64,000 nucleotides of DNA from Thermoanaerobaculia bacterium. Its GTDB lineage: Bacteria > Acidobacteriota > Thermoanaerobaculia > Multivoradales > Multivoraceae. The stretch spans positions 898,033-962,032 of the forward strand of contig OZ243982.1 in NCBI GenBank assembly GCA_965214805.1, written 5' to 3'. How positions within the stretch are numbered: position 1 is the first letter of the stretch; each line of letters begins with the position of its first letter. A program made the position numbers and the translations under genes. Positions 29,372-38,551 of the stretch are shown piece by piece. The notes under the pieces were generated by a model. That model was given only the letters and a program-made list of their open reading frames with translations, ran no database searches and was not told the origin of the DNA.

Positions 29372-31141
29372 TTACCGAAGCCGGTCCAGGAGTCCCGTCG
29401 CCCGGGAAGTCCTCCGCATCACGGCCGCTCTGACAGCCGCCTTGCTGGCCATGACGCGAACCCTCCGTCGCGCCCTGGTCACGGCGGTGTAGAACAGCTC
29501 CCTCGCGTTCACCCGCGACTCCGCGTCGCCGGGGATGAGGATGACCTCGTCGTACTCGGAGCCCTGGGCGCGGTGGACGGTGAGGGCGAAGAAACTCTCG
29601 TGCTGGGGCAGGCGGGAGGGCGAGACGAGGTGGCGCTCGCCGTCGCGGTCCAGGTCCGGGAACCAGACCTGGGGCTGGCCCGAGTCGGCGGGCACGACCA
29701 CGCCGGTGTCGCCGTTGGAGAGATTGGTCTGCCCGTCGTTGCGGCTGACGATGATGGGGCGCCCGACGTAGAAGTCGTCGTGCTCGCTCCGGCGTCCCAG
29801 CTCGGCGAGGCAATACTCGACCAGACGGTTGAAGCGGTCGGTGCCGAAGGGGCCTCGCCGGTGGCTGCACAGAACGCGCCGGGCGGGGAACGGCGAGGCG
29901 TGCTCGGGATTCGCCTCGAGAGCGGCCATGTGCTCGTTCCACTCCGTCCCGCATTCCCACGCGAAGCGGTCGAAGGCGGCCTGATCCTCTAGCCGCAGCA
30001 GCTCGGTCTCGTCGTCGCGCGCGTGCTCGAGCAGGCGGATGACGCCGTCGGCGTTCCCGGCGACCACTGCACGTGCGAGACGTCCGATGCCCGAGTCGGT
30101 CCTGAAGCGGTAGTTCTTCTGGAGCGTCGTCACGCAGGCGCTCAGGGGCCCGCGCTCCCCGGCCCGGCAGAGATCGCCGAAGACCGAGCCCGGCTCGACC
30201 GAAGACAGTTGATTCGCGTCGCCCAGGAGGATCAACCGGCACTGCGCAGGCAGGGCGGTCACCAGACGGACCATCAACGGCAGGTCAGCCATCGAACATT
30301 CGTCCACCACCAGTGCATCGAGGCGCTGCATGCGGCTCGTCCTGCTTGCCAGCAGCCGGTGAATCGTCCACGCCTCGGCCGGAAACTCGTCCAGTCCATG
30401 GACCCGATCCAGAGGCCTGTCTCCGAGCTTTCCGCGCACGGATTCCTGGATGCGCGACGCCGCCTTGCCGGTCGGCGCCGCCAGGCCGATGCGACGGGGA
30501 TGGGCGGCGCCGGTGGCGACGAGCGCAGCGATCAGCTTGGCCGCGAGGGTCGTCTTTCCGGTGCCTGGGCCGCCAGTGACGATGCACAGCCGCCGTTCGA
30601 GAGCGGTGCGCAGTGCGGCGACCGCCTCCCTGGTTCGATCCTCGCTGTCGTCGAACATCCTTGAGATCGTCGAGTCGACCCCGGGTGCTGCACCTGCGCT
30701 GGCTGCCAGAACCAGCAGCCGCTCGGCCAGCCGGCGTTCGGCTTCGAAGAGGCGATGCAGGTAGAGACGGTCGCCGTCCAGAACCAGGGGTCGGCCCCCG
30801 TTCTGATCGTCGCCCTGTCCCTCGGCGCTGACGACAGGACTTCGGGCCAGCGCGGAGCGGAGCGTGTCCCGCTGGGGCAGTGCGACCGCCTTCAGTTCGG
30901 CGCTCGGTGCATCGGCGCTGTAGCCCGCGGCGGGTTGCTCGACCATGGTGACGATCGGCTTGCCGGCCTGGCGAAGGTCCAGGCAGGTGTGGCCGCCTCG
31001 ATGCACGGCGCTGGCGGCGGCCGCCGCGAGTGCGACATCGTCATCTGCGCCCAGGTCCATCATGAGCCGGGCGAAGCAACGGTCGATATTCGCAAGAACG
31101 CCGGCCTCGGTCAGTGCGTCGATCGGTGTGCGGCCTGTCAT
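29372..31141 (-). CDS. recD: Exodeoxyribonuclease V alpha subunit RecD
   Basis: It carries a Walker A (GGPGTGKTT), the DECSM motif and the RecD N-terminus MTGRTPIDALTEAG. The ATG overlaps the recB stop (ATGA). Confidence 0.85.
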   Translation of the reverse strand: MTGRTPIDALTEAGVLANIDRCFARLMMDLGADDDVALAAAAASAVHRGGHTCLDLRQAGKPIVTMVEQPAAGYSADAPSAELKAVALPQRDTLRSALARSPVVSAEGQGDDQNGGRPLVLDGDRLYLHRLFEAERRLAERLLVLAASAGAAPGVDSTISRMFDDSEDRTREAVAALRTALERRLCIVTGGPGTGKTTLAAKLIAALVATGAAHPRRIGLAAPTGKAASRIQESVRGKLGDRPLDRVHGLDEFPAEAWTIHRLLASRTSRMQRLDALVVDECSMADLPLMVRLVTALPAQCRLILLGDANQLSSVEPGSVFGDLCRAGERGPLSACVTTLQKNYRFRTDSGIGRLARAVVAGNADGVIRLLEHARDDETELLRLEDQAAFDRFAWECGTEWNEHMAALEANPEHASPFPARRVLCSHRRGPFGTDRFNRLVEYCLAELGRRSEHDDFYVGRPIIVSRNDGQTNLSNGDTGVVVPADSGQPQVWFPDLDRDGERHLVSPSRLPQHESFFALTVHRAQGSEYDEVILIPGDAESRVNARELFYTAVTRARRRVRVMASKAAVRAAVMRRTSRATGLLDRLR

Positions 31142-34100
31142 GGCGCCTCGCCGAAGCAGCCGTCGATCGCCTCGATGCAGGCGCGGGCAGGTCGGTCGCG
31201 GAAGACGCCGCTGCCGGGGACGTTCGGCCTCATGGCGCGGAGGAAGAGGTAGAAGACACCGCCGACGTCGCGGTCGTAGTCGTAGTCGGAAAGCCGCAGG
31301 CGGAGCAGACGGTGGAGGGCGGTCAGATACAGGAGGTACTGGAGGTGATAGCCGTGATGACGCATGGACGCTGCGATCGCAGCTCCCGTGTAGGCGCCCA
31401 GGGACGGCCCGAGCCAGTTCGACTTGTAGTCCATGACGTACCAGCGGCCATCGTGCCGCGCCACGAGATCGACGTATCCGTGGAGGAAGCCGTGGATCTC
31501 CGCGTCGCTCTCGGGGAGTAGGTGGTCGTAGCCGTGTGCTTCCAGGCAGCGGCGAAGTTCGTCGCGCCTGAAGGCGTGGAGCGGCAGGTGGAACTCCAAT
31601 TCCCTGATCGGTCGCTCGAGGTCGGAGAGGCGGAAGACGCTGTCCGTCTCGCCGGGCCGTGAAAGCGGTGTGTCGAGGGCGTTCTGCACCATCGTGCAGG
31701 CAACCGGATGCCACTTCCTGTCGAACCCGTACCGGACAAGAACCGTCTCGCAGGTCTGTTCGAGATCGGAAGACGCCGGGTTGCCGAGGTGCCGTTCGAG
31801 GATCTCGTGCAGGCAGCTGCCGGATCGGCCGCCACCGGGGAACGTGAAGATCGTGGGTCCGTCGTCCGGTTGCGGATCGGATGCTGTCTCGAGTTCGTCG
31901 ATGGCCGTGGCCTCGTCGTGATCGGGAAGATCGACCTCGTCGCGGTCCGGCTTGCGCCAACCCCAGCTGACCTCTGCCGACAGCGCTGAGTAGCTGGTCC
32001 GCTCCCGAATCCGTTTCAGCTCGCGCTCGAGCCTGCGGGCTGCAAGAGGTTCGGCTTCAGAGGCATCGGCGGGATCCGGAGCGGAGGGAGGTTCCTCGTC
32101 GATCGTCCGGACGAGGACCGCTCCACCGGGCGCCCGGCTGGCGAACTTCTGGACCTCGACCTGCCATTCATCGGCGCTGAGCCCCTTGACGCGACGGGCG
32201 TTCTCGTCCAGCGCCCTGGCGGGTTCCGGTTGCTCGGCCTTCTCCGAGACCGCGTCGCCGCCGTGGAGGAGCCAAGCCAGCGGCGCGTACTCGGCGCGTC
32301 CATCGCGAGCCCAGGTCACGACGCACCGGTACCTTGCCCGGGTCAGGGCCACGTAGAGCAGGCGCAGCTCGTCAGCGTGCTCTTCCACTCGCTCTCGGTC
32401 GTAGGCTTCGTCCTCCGGAACGAGATCGAGCACCGGCGTCTTGCGGTGCGGGTCGTAGAACTCGGCCGTGGGCTTCCTGTTTCTTCCAGTTGTCGGCGCC
32501 CGACCGTCCCAGGCGAAGGGGTAGAAGACGATCGGGAACTCGAGCCCCTTGGCTCGGTGAACGGTGACGATCCTGACCAGGTTCTCGTCGCTTTCGAGAC
32601 GGAGCTGCGCGGTCTCGTCGCCCTGAAGCGACTCCGCCCTCGACTGCCGGAACCAGTCCAGGAGGCTCTGGCGGGAGGGTCGTCGTCGGGTTTCCGCTTC
32701 GTGAAGCAGGTCGGTGAGGTGGAGGTAGTTCGTGAGCCGGCGCGGCCCGTCCGGGTAGCGGAGCAGGTTCGTGGAGCAGTCGGGCTCACCGGCGAACAGC
32801 ACGTGCCGCATCAGGGTAGCGATTCCGTGCTGCTGCCAGACGTCTGCCCATTCGCGGGCCAGACCCTGCCAATGGCTCCAGATCTCGTCGTCGTCCCGAA
32901 GCCCGGCCAGAGCCTGCATGTCCAGGCCGAACAGGTCCGCGGCAAGTGCGCCGCGGAGCAGCGATGTGGCGTTGTACTCCGATTCGTCGACGCACAGCGC
33001 ATGGAGAAGGCGGTGAAGCGCGTCCGCTTCGTCCGAGTCGAAGATGTTCTCCGTGCCCATCTCGACGCTGTCGATTCCAAGTGCACGCAGCGCCTGCCCG
33101 ACCGCCTGCCCCTGCCTGCCGGTGCGGACGAGGACGGCGATGTCGCCGCCGGCGACGGGCTTCATCTCGTCGCTGCCGATCTGCGCTCTGCCATCGTTCC
33201 CCAAGGCGAGCAGCCTGGCGATCTCGCCGGCAGCCTGTTCGGCGACCAGCCGGCTCAGGTCGGGCTTGTTGCGTTTCTTTCCGTCTTCCCGTGGGACCAG
33301 GACGACCTGGAACGGGGCCTGCTCGTCCGGGTCCCGGTCGCCCTCGTTGTCCTCAACGACGAGGGCGCCGGGTTCCCGCTCGGCCGGCAGCGACCGCGCG
33401 AACTCGAACTCGGGCAGCACGAAGGGCCGCTGCCGTGCGAACAGTGCGTTCACTGCGTGAATCAGTCCGGGCGTGGAGCGGTAGTTGTGCTCGAGGCTCA
33501 GCGGCTGGCTGGACCCCGCCAGACGGTCCTGCGCCTCCAGGTAGGCGAAGACGTCGGCGCCTCGGAAGCGGTAGATCGACTGCTTGGGGTCGCCGACGAC
33601 GAACAGACGCCCATCTTCCGCATCGCCTCCAGGGTAGATCCTCCCGAAGATGTCCGCCTGCAGGCGGTCCGTATCCTGGAACTCGTCGATCAGCGCGACC
33701 GGATAGCGGCAGCGAATCCGCCGCGCAAGCCCGACGCCGTGGTCGCCGACCAGGCCACGGTGCAATTCCACGAGAAGTGCGTCGAAGCCGAGCCGGCGGT
33801 GCTCCCAGGTGTCGAAGTGGAGGCCCTCGCCGGCGTCCTCGAGGAGCCGGCGGCGTTGGTTGGCGAGCCACAGGTCGCCGTACGCCTTGCCGGTCTCGCC
33901 GACGCGCTCGAAACGGTCGAAGAGCTCGATGTTCGGCGGCGGGTTTTTTTGGTAGAGCCTGGACGCGAGCGACGTGCGGCCAAAGAAGCCGGCGTGATCC
34001 GGGGTCAGTTTCTCGGAGGCGCCGGCATCGAACGCATCGATGAGGGTCTTGATCCGCGATTCGTCTTTCTGCCCCTTGCGCCACTTGTACTTGTCGACCA

Positions 34101-34842
34101 CGGTCAGGAAGGTGCTGCGCTGGTCGCTTCGGGACCAGGCCGCCGCTGCCGAACGGACTGCCGCGCGCCACTTGTTCCGCTGCGATCGGAGCTCCTCCGG
34201 GAAGGCCTCGGGCGTACCCGCGCCGCGAATGTCCTGCTGCTGCGCGTAGTGCCCGGCGACCCAGGCGATCGTGTCCTCGTCGGGCACGAAGTTCCTGGAC
34301 CTGGCGTACTCGAGGAGGGGGATGGACTCCTCGGCCATGCGGCGTCTCCAGAAGTCGCGCACGTTGGCGCCGACGGCCAGCGCGTCGTCGCCGCTGACAG
34401 CGAACGCGAAGGGAACGGGGGCATGCAGGGCGAACTCGACGAGCGCCCGCTGGCAGAAGCCATGGATCGTCGTGACGATCGCCCGATCGAAGTCGCGGAC
34501 CGCGGCGGTGAGCCGAGTCAGCACGTCGGTCTCCCGCAGCCCGAGACGCCTCCAGCGCTCCGCCAGCTTCCGTGCCTGCTCGTCGGCGGCGATTCCCTCG
34601 ACCGCACGCCGGGATGCGGAAAGGGTGCGCCGGACCCGGGTCCGCAGTTCGCCGGCCGCCGAGATCGTGAAGGTGACGATCAGGAGTTCGTCGATCCTGC
34701 GGTCCTCTTCCACGACCAGACGGGCCACCAACGTGGTCAGGGCATAGGTCTTCCCGGTCCCGGCGCTGGCCTCGATCAGGAGGTCGTCGCCCAGGGGTAC
34801 GTCGAAGGCGTCGCGGCGTTCGCTGGCAGCCGTAGCCGTCAC
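31138..34842 (-). CDS. recB: Exodeoxyribonuclease V beta subunit RecB
   Basis: The N-terminal helicase motif is LIEASAGTGKT. It has a UvrD-like helicase body and a C-terminal nuclease domain. The GTG start overlaps the recC stop (GTGA). Confidence 0.85.
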   Translation of the reverse strand: MTATAASERRDAFDVPLGDDLLIEASAGTGKTYALTTLVARLVVEEDRRIDELLIVTFTISAAGELRTRVRRTLSASRRAVEGIAADEQARKLAERWRRLGLRETDVLTRLTAAVRDFDRAIVTTIHGFCQRALVEFALHAPVPFAFAVSGDDALAVGANVRDFWRRRMAEESIPLLEYARSRNFVPDEDTIAWVAGHYAQQQDIRGAGTPEAFPEELRSQRNKWRAAVRSAAAAWSRSDQRSTFLTVVDKYKWRKGQKDESRIKTLIDAFDAGASEKLTPDHAGFFGRTSLASRLYQKNPPPNIELFDRFERVGETGKAYGDLWLANQRRRLLEDAGEGLHFDTWEHRRLGFDALLVELHRGLVGDHGVGLARRIRCRYPVALIDEFQDTDRLQADIFGRIYPGGDAEDGRLFVVGDPKQSIYRFRGADVFAYLEAQDRLAGSSQPLSLEHNYRSTPGLIHAVNALFARQRPFVLPEFEFARSLPAEREPGALVVEDNEGDRDPDEQAPFQVVLVPREDGKKRNKPDLSRLVAEQAAGEIARLLALGNDGRAQIGSDEMKPVAGGDIAVLVRTGRQGQAVGQALRALGIDSVEMGTENIFDSDEADALHRLLHALCVDESEYNATSLLRGALAADLFGLDMQALAGLRDDDEIWSHWQGLAREWADVWQQHGIATLMRHVLFAGEPDCSTNLLRYPDGPRRLTNYLHLTDLLHEAETRRRPSRQSLLDWFRQSRAESLQGDETAQLRLESDENLVRIVTVHRAKGLEFPIVFYPFAWDGRAPTTGRNRKPTAEFYDPHRKTPVLDLVPEDEAYDRERVEEHADELRLLYVALTRARYRCVVTWARDGRAEYAPLAWLLHGGDAVSEKAEQPEPARALDENARRVKGLSADEWQVEVQKFASRAPGGAVLVRTIDEEPPSAPDPADASEAEPLAARRLERELKRIRERTSYSALSAEVSWGWRKPDRDEVDLPDHDEATAIDELETASDPQPDDGPTIFTFPGGGRSGSCLHEILERHLGNPASSDLEQTCETVLVRYGFDRKWHPVACTMVQNALDTPLSRPGETDSVFRLSDLERPIRELEFHLPLHAFRRDELRRCLEAHGYDHLLPESDAEIHGFLHGYVDLVARHDGRWYVMDYKSNWLGPSLGAYTGAAIAASMRHHGYHLQYLLYLTALHRLLRLRLSDYDYDRDVGGVFYLFLRAMRPNVPGSGVFRDRPARACIEAIDGCFGEAP

Positions 34843-37800
34843 GACCTCTCGTCCCTGGTGGCGTCCTTCAGCGGGCCAAGCAGACGCCGGGCGAGGCGTT
34901 CGAACTCGTCGCCCGACGGGTCGTCGCCGAAGATCAGCCGGTGAGCGGGGTGATTGCCTTCGCTGAAGCTCTGGCCCGACCACATGCCGTCGACGCTCGC
35001 GTTCCAGGTTTCCCTGGAAGTCCATGCCCAGCTCGTCGAAGCAAAGAACGGCAGGGGTCTTCTCCGGCTCTCGCTCCAGACGTCGATCCATTCGCCGAGC
35101 AGAGATCGGGCCTCGCCTGGATCCGGCCCTTCCAGCTCGATTCTCTCGACCTCCCTGCGGGAGCCGCGCAGAATGGCCTTGGCGGACTGTTCCCGGCTGC
35201 AGATCATGGCAAGGAGACGCAGCCAGGTCGCCATCCGGTACTTGGCGCCCAGACCCCCGATCCGCCAGAAGAGAAGTTCGCCGCGGCCCTCGTGAAACTG
35301 GTCGACCGCGCCCACCAGACGAGTGTTCCCGAGCACCACGTCCACTGCGCGGGGAGGAGCTTCGCGATGCTCGCGGAACCCGCGGAGTTCCTCGGAAAGC
35401 GCCTCGACCTGGGCTGCGGACTGCCGGTGCTGGACGCGACCGAGGTTGGCCGTGGGCAGCAGGCCGCGAGCCGCCGCGAGTTCGATGGTCCGTTCATCGT
35501 CGAACTCCCCGGATCCCGCGATGTCGCTCTTCAGTTGCCAGGCCTCCAGCAGGTTCAGGTCGAGAGGCTCGTCGTCCGCCACCTCGTCTTCCCGGCTGTC
35601 CAGGCGTATCCCGAGCCGCGCGCTGAGGAAGTCCTTCGAAGGGCTGGCGGCCAGGCGAATCAGGTCCTCGAGTTCGAGTTCCGCCGGCGGATCGCCCCCG
35701 CCTTCGGGAGCGACCTCGCCCTCGAAGCGGCGCGGCTCTTCGCCGCCGGCGCCGAGCGCCTCTGCCGCCGCCAGCATCGGCTGCGAGAAGCTGAACAGGC
35801 CGGGCTCGTTCGCCTCGAAGTACCGGCGGCTGAACGGTTGCAGGGGATGCCGTGTCGTCCACGGTTCGCTCCGTTGCGCTTCAAAGCCCGGGAAACGTGC
35901 TTCCAGGTACTCCGTCAGTTCGGTGACGATCACGGACGGCGGGATGGGCTTGTCCTCCTGAAGGTCGCGTCCCGTGCAGGTGAGCACGAAGCAGCGGCGG
36001 GCCGCCAGCAGGGCTTCCAGGAAGGCGAAGCGATCCTCGTCGCGGCGATCCCGGTCGCCGGGCTCCCGCGCCTCGCCGTCGAAGAGCGCCGCCTGGAAGG
36101 CGAAGGGCATTGCCTGCGGAAGACCGGGAAAGACACCGTCGTTCAAGCCCACGATACACATCACCTTGGCGGGAAAGATCTGTCCGGAGGCCAGGCCGGC
36201 GACCGTGACGCCGTGGGCAAGTCGCGGCGTCGAGCGGGCGGTCCTGGCGGCGCGGTCCCTCAGCACGTCTCGCAGGACCGGGAACGGGATCGGCCCGCTG
36301 TTCCCGGCTCGCCTGCATTCCTCGTCGAACTCGTCGATCAGTCGGGCAACCGTGTTCACCTCGCGGACCGTTTCGGGAGCGGTGCGGGCTGCACCGTCGA
36401 AGAAGACCTCGAGGACTTCGGTTCGGAGACGCTCGGTCCATCGGGCGGCGTCATGTTCGGCCTGTGCCCAGGCGTCCAGCGCGAACGTGTACTCGCAGTA
36501 GCGGTGGAACCGGCCGAGCAGCTCGTAGTCGCTGGCGCCGCCACGGAAGCCCCAGTGATCCAGGGCGCTCGGCGTGATGCCGTCCAGGAGTGCGTTGCCT
36601 TCCTCGATGGCGTAGCCGAGCACCAGGCGGTCGAGGCCCCGGCGCCAGTTGTGGTTCTCCGAAGCCGGTACATCGAGACTGGTGCGGTGGTCTTCGTCGA
36701 TTCCCCAGCGAATCCTGGACCGGGCGACCGCGCCGCGGATCGTCGTCAGATCGGTGTCCGAGAACCCGAAGTGGGCGCGCACGGCTTCGGCGAGCAGCGG
36801 CGCCAGCACGTCGCTGGCCGTGTAGCGCGAGCCCGGAAGCTCCAGGAGACCGAGAAAGGCCGTCAGGGCAGCGCCTTCCTTGAGCCTTCGCGTACCGACC
36901 TGGAAGTCGATGCGGCCCGCCGAACCGAACACCGCCTTGACCAAGGGCGCGTAGGTGTCAAGGTCCGGGGTTGCTATCAGCACATCGGCGGGCTGAATGT
37001 CGGAGTGGACGTCGAAGATGCCCAGGAGCCGGTCGTGGAGGACCTCGACTTCACGGGTTGCGGAGTGGCAGACGTGGACCTGGATCGAGTCGTCCGGTTG
37101 GCGCGGATCGTGCCCGTCGGCCTCGCCTCTCGGCCCGACACCCAGGATGTCGCGCTGCACGGCGGCCAGGCAGGTACAGGCCTGCGGCATGTCCTCGGCG
37201 GTCGGACGGCTCGCGAGCACGAGACCGCGCTCCCGGTGATCGAGGAGGGCGCGGAGGTCTCGGGGCGAGCGGCCCCAGGCCTCGAGCAGCTCGTTCGACT
37301 GCTCGTCGTCCGGCTGCTGGCCGCGGCGCCTGGCGGGCGAAGCGCCCCAGAACGTGCGCGAGGGGCTGAGAAGGTAGAGGTGGACGTCCATCACCCTGGC
37401 CAGGAGGCGCAGCACCTCGACGTAGGTGGGCGACATGGCGGCAACATGGAAGAAGCTGACCCGTTTTCCTGGAGCGGTCGGCGTCGTGTTGTCGAGCACC
37501 CTTCGGTAGCTGTCGATCGCGTCCACCCAGTGCTCCGATTCGGCGTTCTCCGCGGCCAGAGTCGCCCACAGGCGGGCGTGCCAGCCTTCGGCGGCGTCCT
37601 GCTGCCACCTTCTGATCGAGTCCGGCCGATACACGCGGCAGCGGTCATAGGCGATGGCAAGCCTGTCGGCGAGCTCGAACCGCTTGCGCGGGTCGCCGTC
37701 CGCAAGGTAACGGGAAACTTCGTCGTCTCCGGTCCAGGAGTGCGATCCGCCGGCCTGTGAATCCTGCGCGGCGCGCAGATGGTCGAAGATCCTCCAACGC

Positions 37801-38144
37801 AGGCAGGGCGGCCCGAAGACCGACTCGCCAGTGAGGTCGGGCAGCGTCTCGCGCATCGCGTCCCATGCGAACTCAGCCTGAAGCTGGACCTTCAGGTGGG
37901 CGGCGACGCCGAGATGGGTGGCCATCTCCAGCCGAAGCCACTGGCCCAACAGCACGTCGGGCACAACGATCCGTTCCGGTTCGAGCGGGTCCGCGGGGTA
38001 CCGCCGCACTTCCTCGGCAAGCCGTGCTGTCAGGGTCTCGAGGCGGTTCGAAGTGCAGATGCGGAAGCCTTCGTCGGCCTGATCCAGCAACAGGGAGAGC
38101 TGTGGGCCGGGATCGGAGCCGTTGCCGCGCGCGGGGCGTCGCAT
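34839..38144 (-). CDS. recC: Exodeoxyribonuclease V gamma subunit RecC
   Basis: The RecC-like N-terminus is FRICTSNRLETLTARLAEEV and the protein is about 1100 aa. It is the first gene of the recCBD operon. The start was taken at ATG 38144. Confidence 0.8.
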   Translation of the reverse strand: MRRPARGNGSDPGPQLSLLLDQADEGFRICTSNRLETLTARLAEEVRRYPADPLEPERIVVPDVLLGQWLRLEMATHLGVAAHLKVQLQAEFAWDAMRETLPDLTGESVFGPPCLRWRIFDHLRAAQDSQAGGSHSWTGDDEVSRYLADGDPRKRFELADRLAIAYDRCRVYRPDSIRRWQQDAAEGWHARLWATLAAENAESEHWVDAIDSYRRVLDNTTPTAPGKRVSFFHVAAMSPTYVEVLRLLARVMDVHLYLLSPSRTFWGASPARRRGQQPDDEQSNELLEAWGRSPRDLRALLDHRERGLVLASRPTAEDMPQACTCLAAVQRDILGVGPRGEADGHDPRQPDDSIQVHVCHSATREVEVLHDRLLGIFDVHSDIQPADVLIATPDLDTYAPLVKAVFGSAGRIDFQVGTRRLKEGAALTAFLGLLELPGSRYTASDVLAPLLAEAVRAHFGFSDTDLTTIRGAVARSRIRWGIDEDHRTSLDVPASENHNWRRGLDRLVLGYAIEEGNALLDGITPSALDHWGFRGGASDYELLGRFHRYCEYTFALDAWAQAEHDAARWTERLRTEVLEVFFDGAARTAPETVREVNTVARLIDEFDEECRRAGNSGPIPFPVLRDVLRDRAARTARSTPRLAHGVTVAGLASGQIFPAKVMCIVGLNDGVFPGLPQAMPFAFQAALFDGEAREPGDRDRRDEDRFAFLEALLAARRCFVLTCTGRDLQEDKPIPPSVIVTELTEYLEARFPGFEAQRSEPWTTRHPLQPFSRRYFEANEPGLFSFSQPMLAAAEALGAGGEEPRRFEGEVAPEGGGDPPAELELEDLIRLAASPSKDFLSARLGIRLDSREDEVADDEPLDLNLLEAWQLKSDIAGSGEFDDERTIELAAARGLLPTANLGRVQHRQSAAQVEALSEELRGFREHREAPPRAVDVVLGNTRLVGAVDQFHEGRGELLFWRIGGLGAKYRMATWLRLLAMICSREQSAKAILRGSRREVERIELEGPDPGEARSLLGEWIDVWSESRRRPLPFFASTSWAWTSRETWNASVDGMWSGQSFSEGNHPAHRLIFGDDPSGDEFERLARRLLGPLKDATRDERS

Positions 38145-38309
38145 CAGGCCATTGTAGGCCCATCGGAGGCACGCTGCAGGCTCCCGACGCAGGCCCCCTG
38201 CAACCGGTGCACACTGCCAACCGTGTTGCTGCTTCTGCGCCGCTACGGCATTGCTACGATGTTCGCTCGCAGCTTGATTCTCCAATCGCAAAGGGGGAAC
38301 ACGCGGCAG

Positions 38310-38478
38310 GAGTCCGAGCACACATCTGAAAGCAGGCAGTTCAAGGGAAGGGAGTGCGAATCTCCCACCGCCCCGCGACTGTGAACCGGACGAAGGCCGG
38401 CAGACACCACTGTCCCGCAACCGGGATGGGAAGGGCCGGCCAACAGGACGAAGGGAAGTCAGGAGACCTGGCTGTCTG
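38310..38478 (+). ncRNA. Cobalamin (B12) riboswitch
   Basis: The B12 box is AGTCAGGAGACCTGGC at 38457-38472. Upstream come AAGGGAAGGGAGTGCGAATCTCCCAC, CGCGACTGTGAA and CACCACTGTCCCGCAACCGGGATGGGAAGG, which match conserved cobalamin-riboswitch segments. It lies in the 5' leader of a TonB-dependent receptor. Confidence 0.75.
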
Positions 38479-38551
38479 CCGAGGCAACAACGCTTCGCGG
38501 GCCCTGGACGGGCCGCCCGAAGCAGGAATCCCGAGGGGGAGGAAGGCCCGA

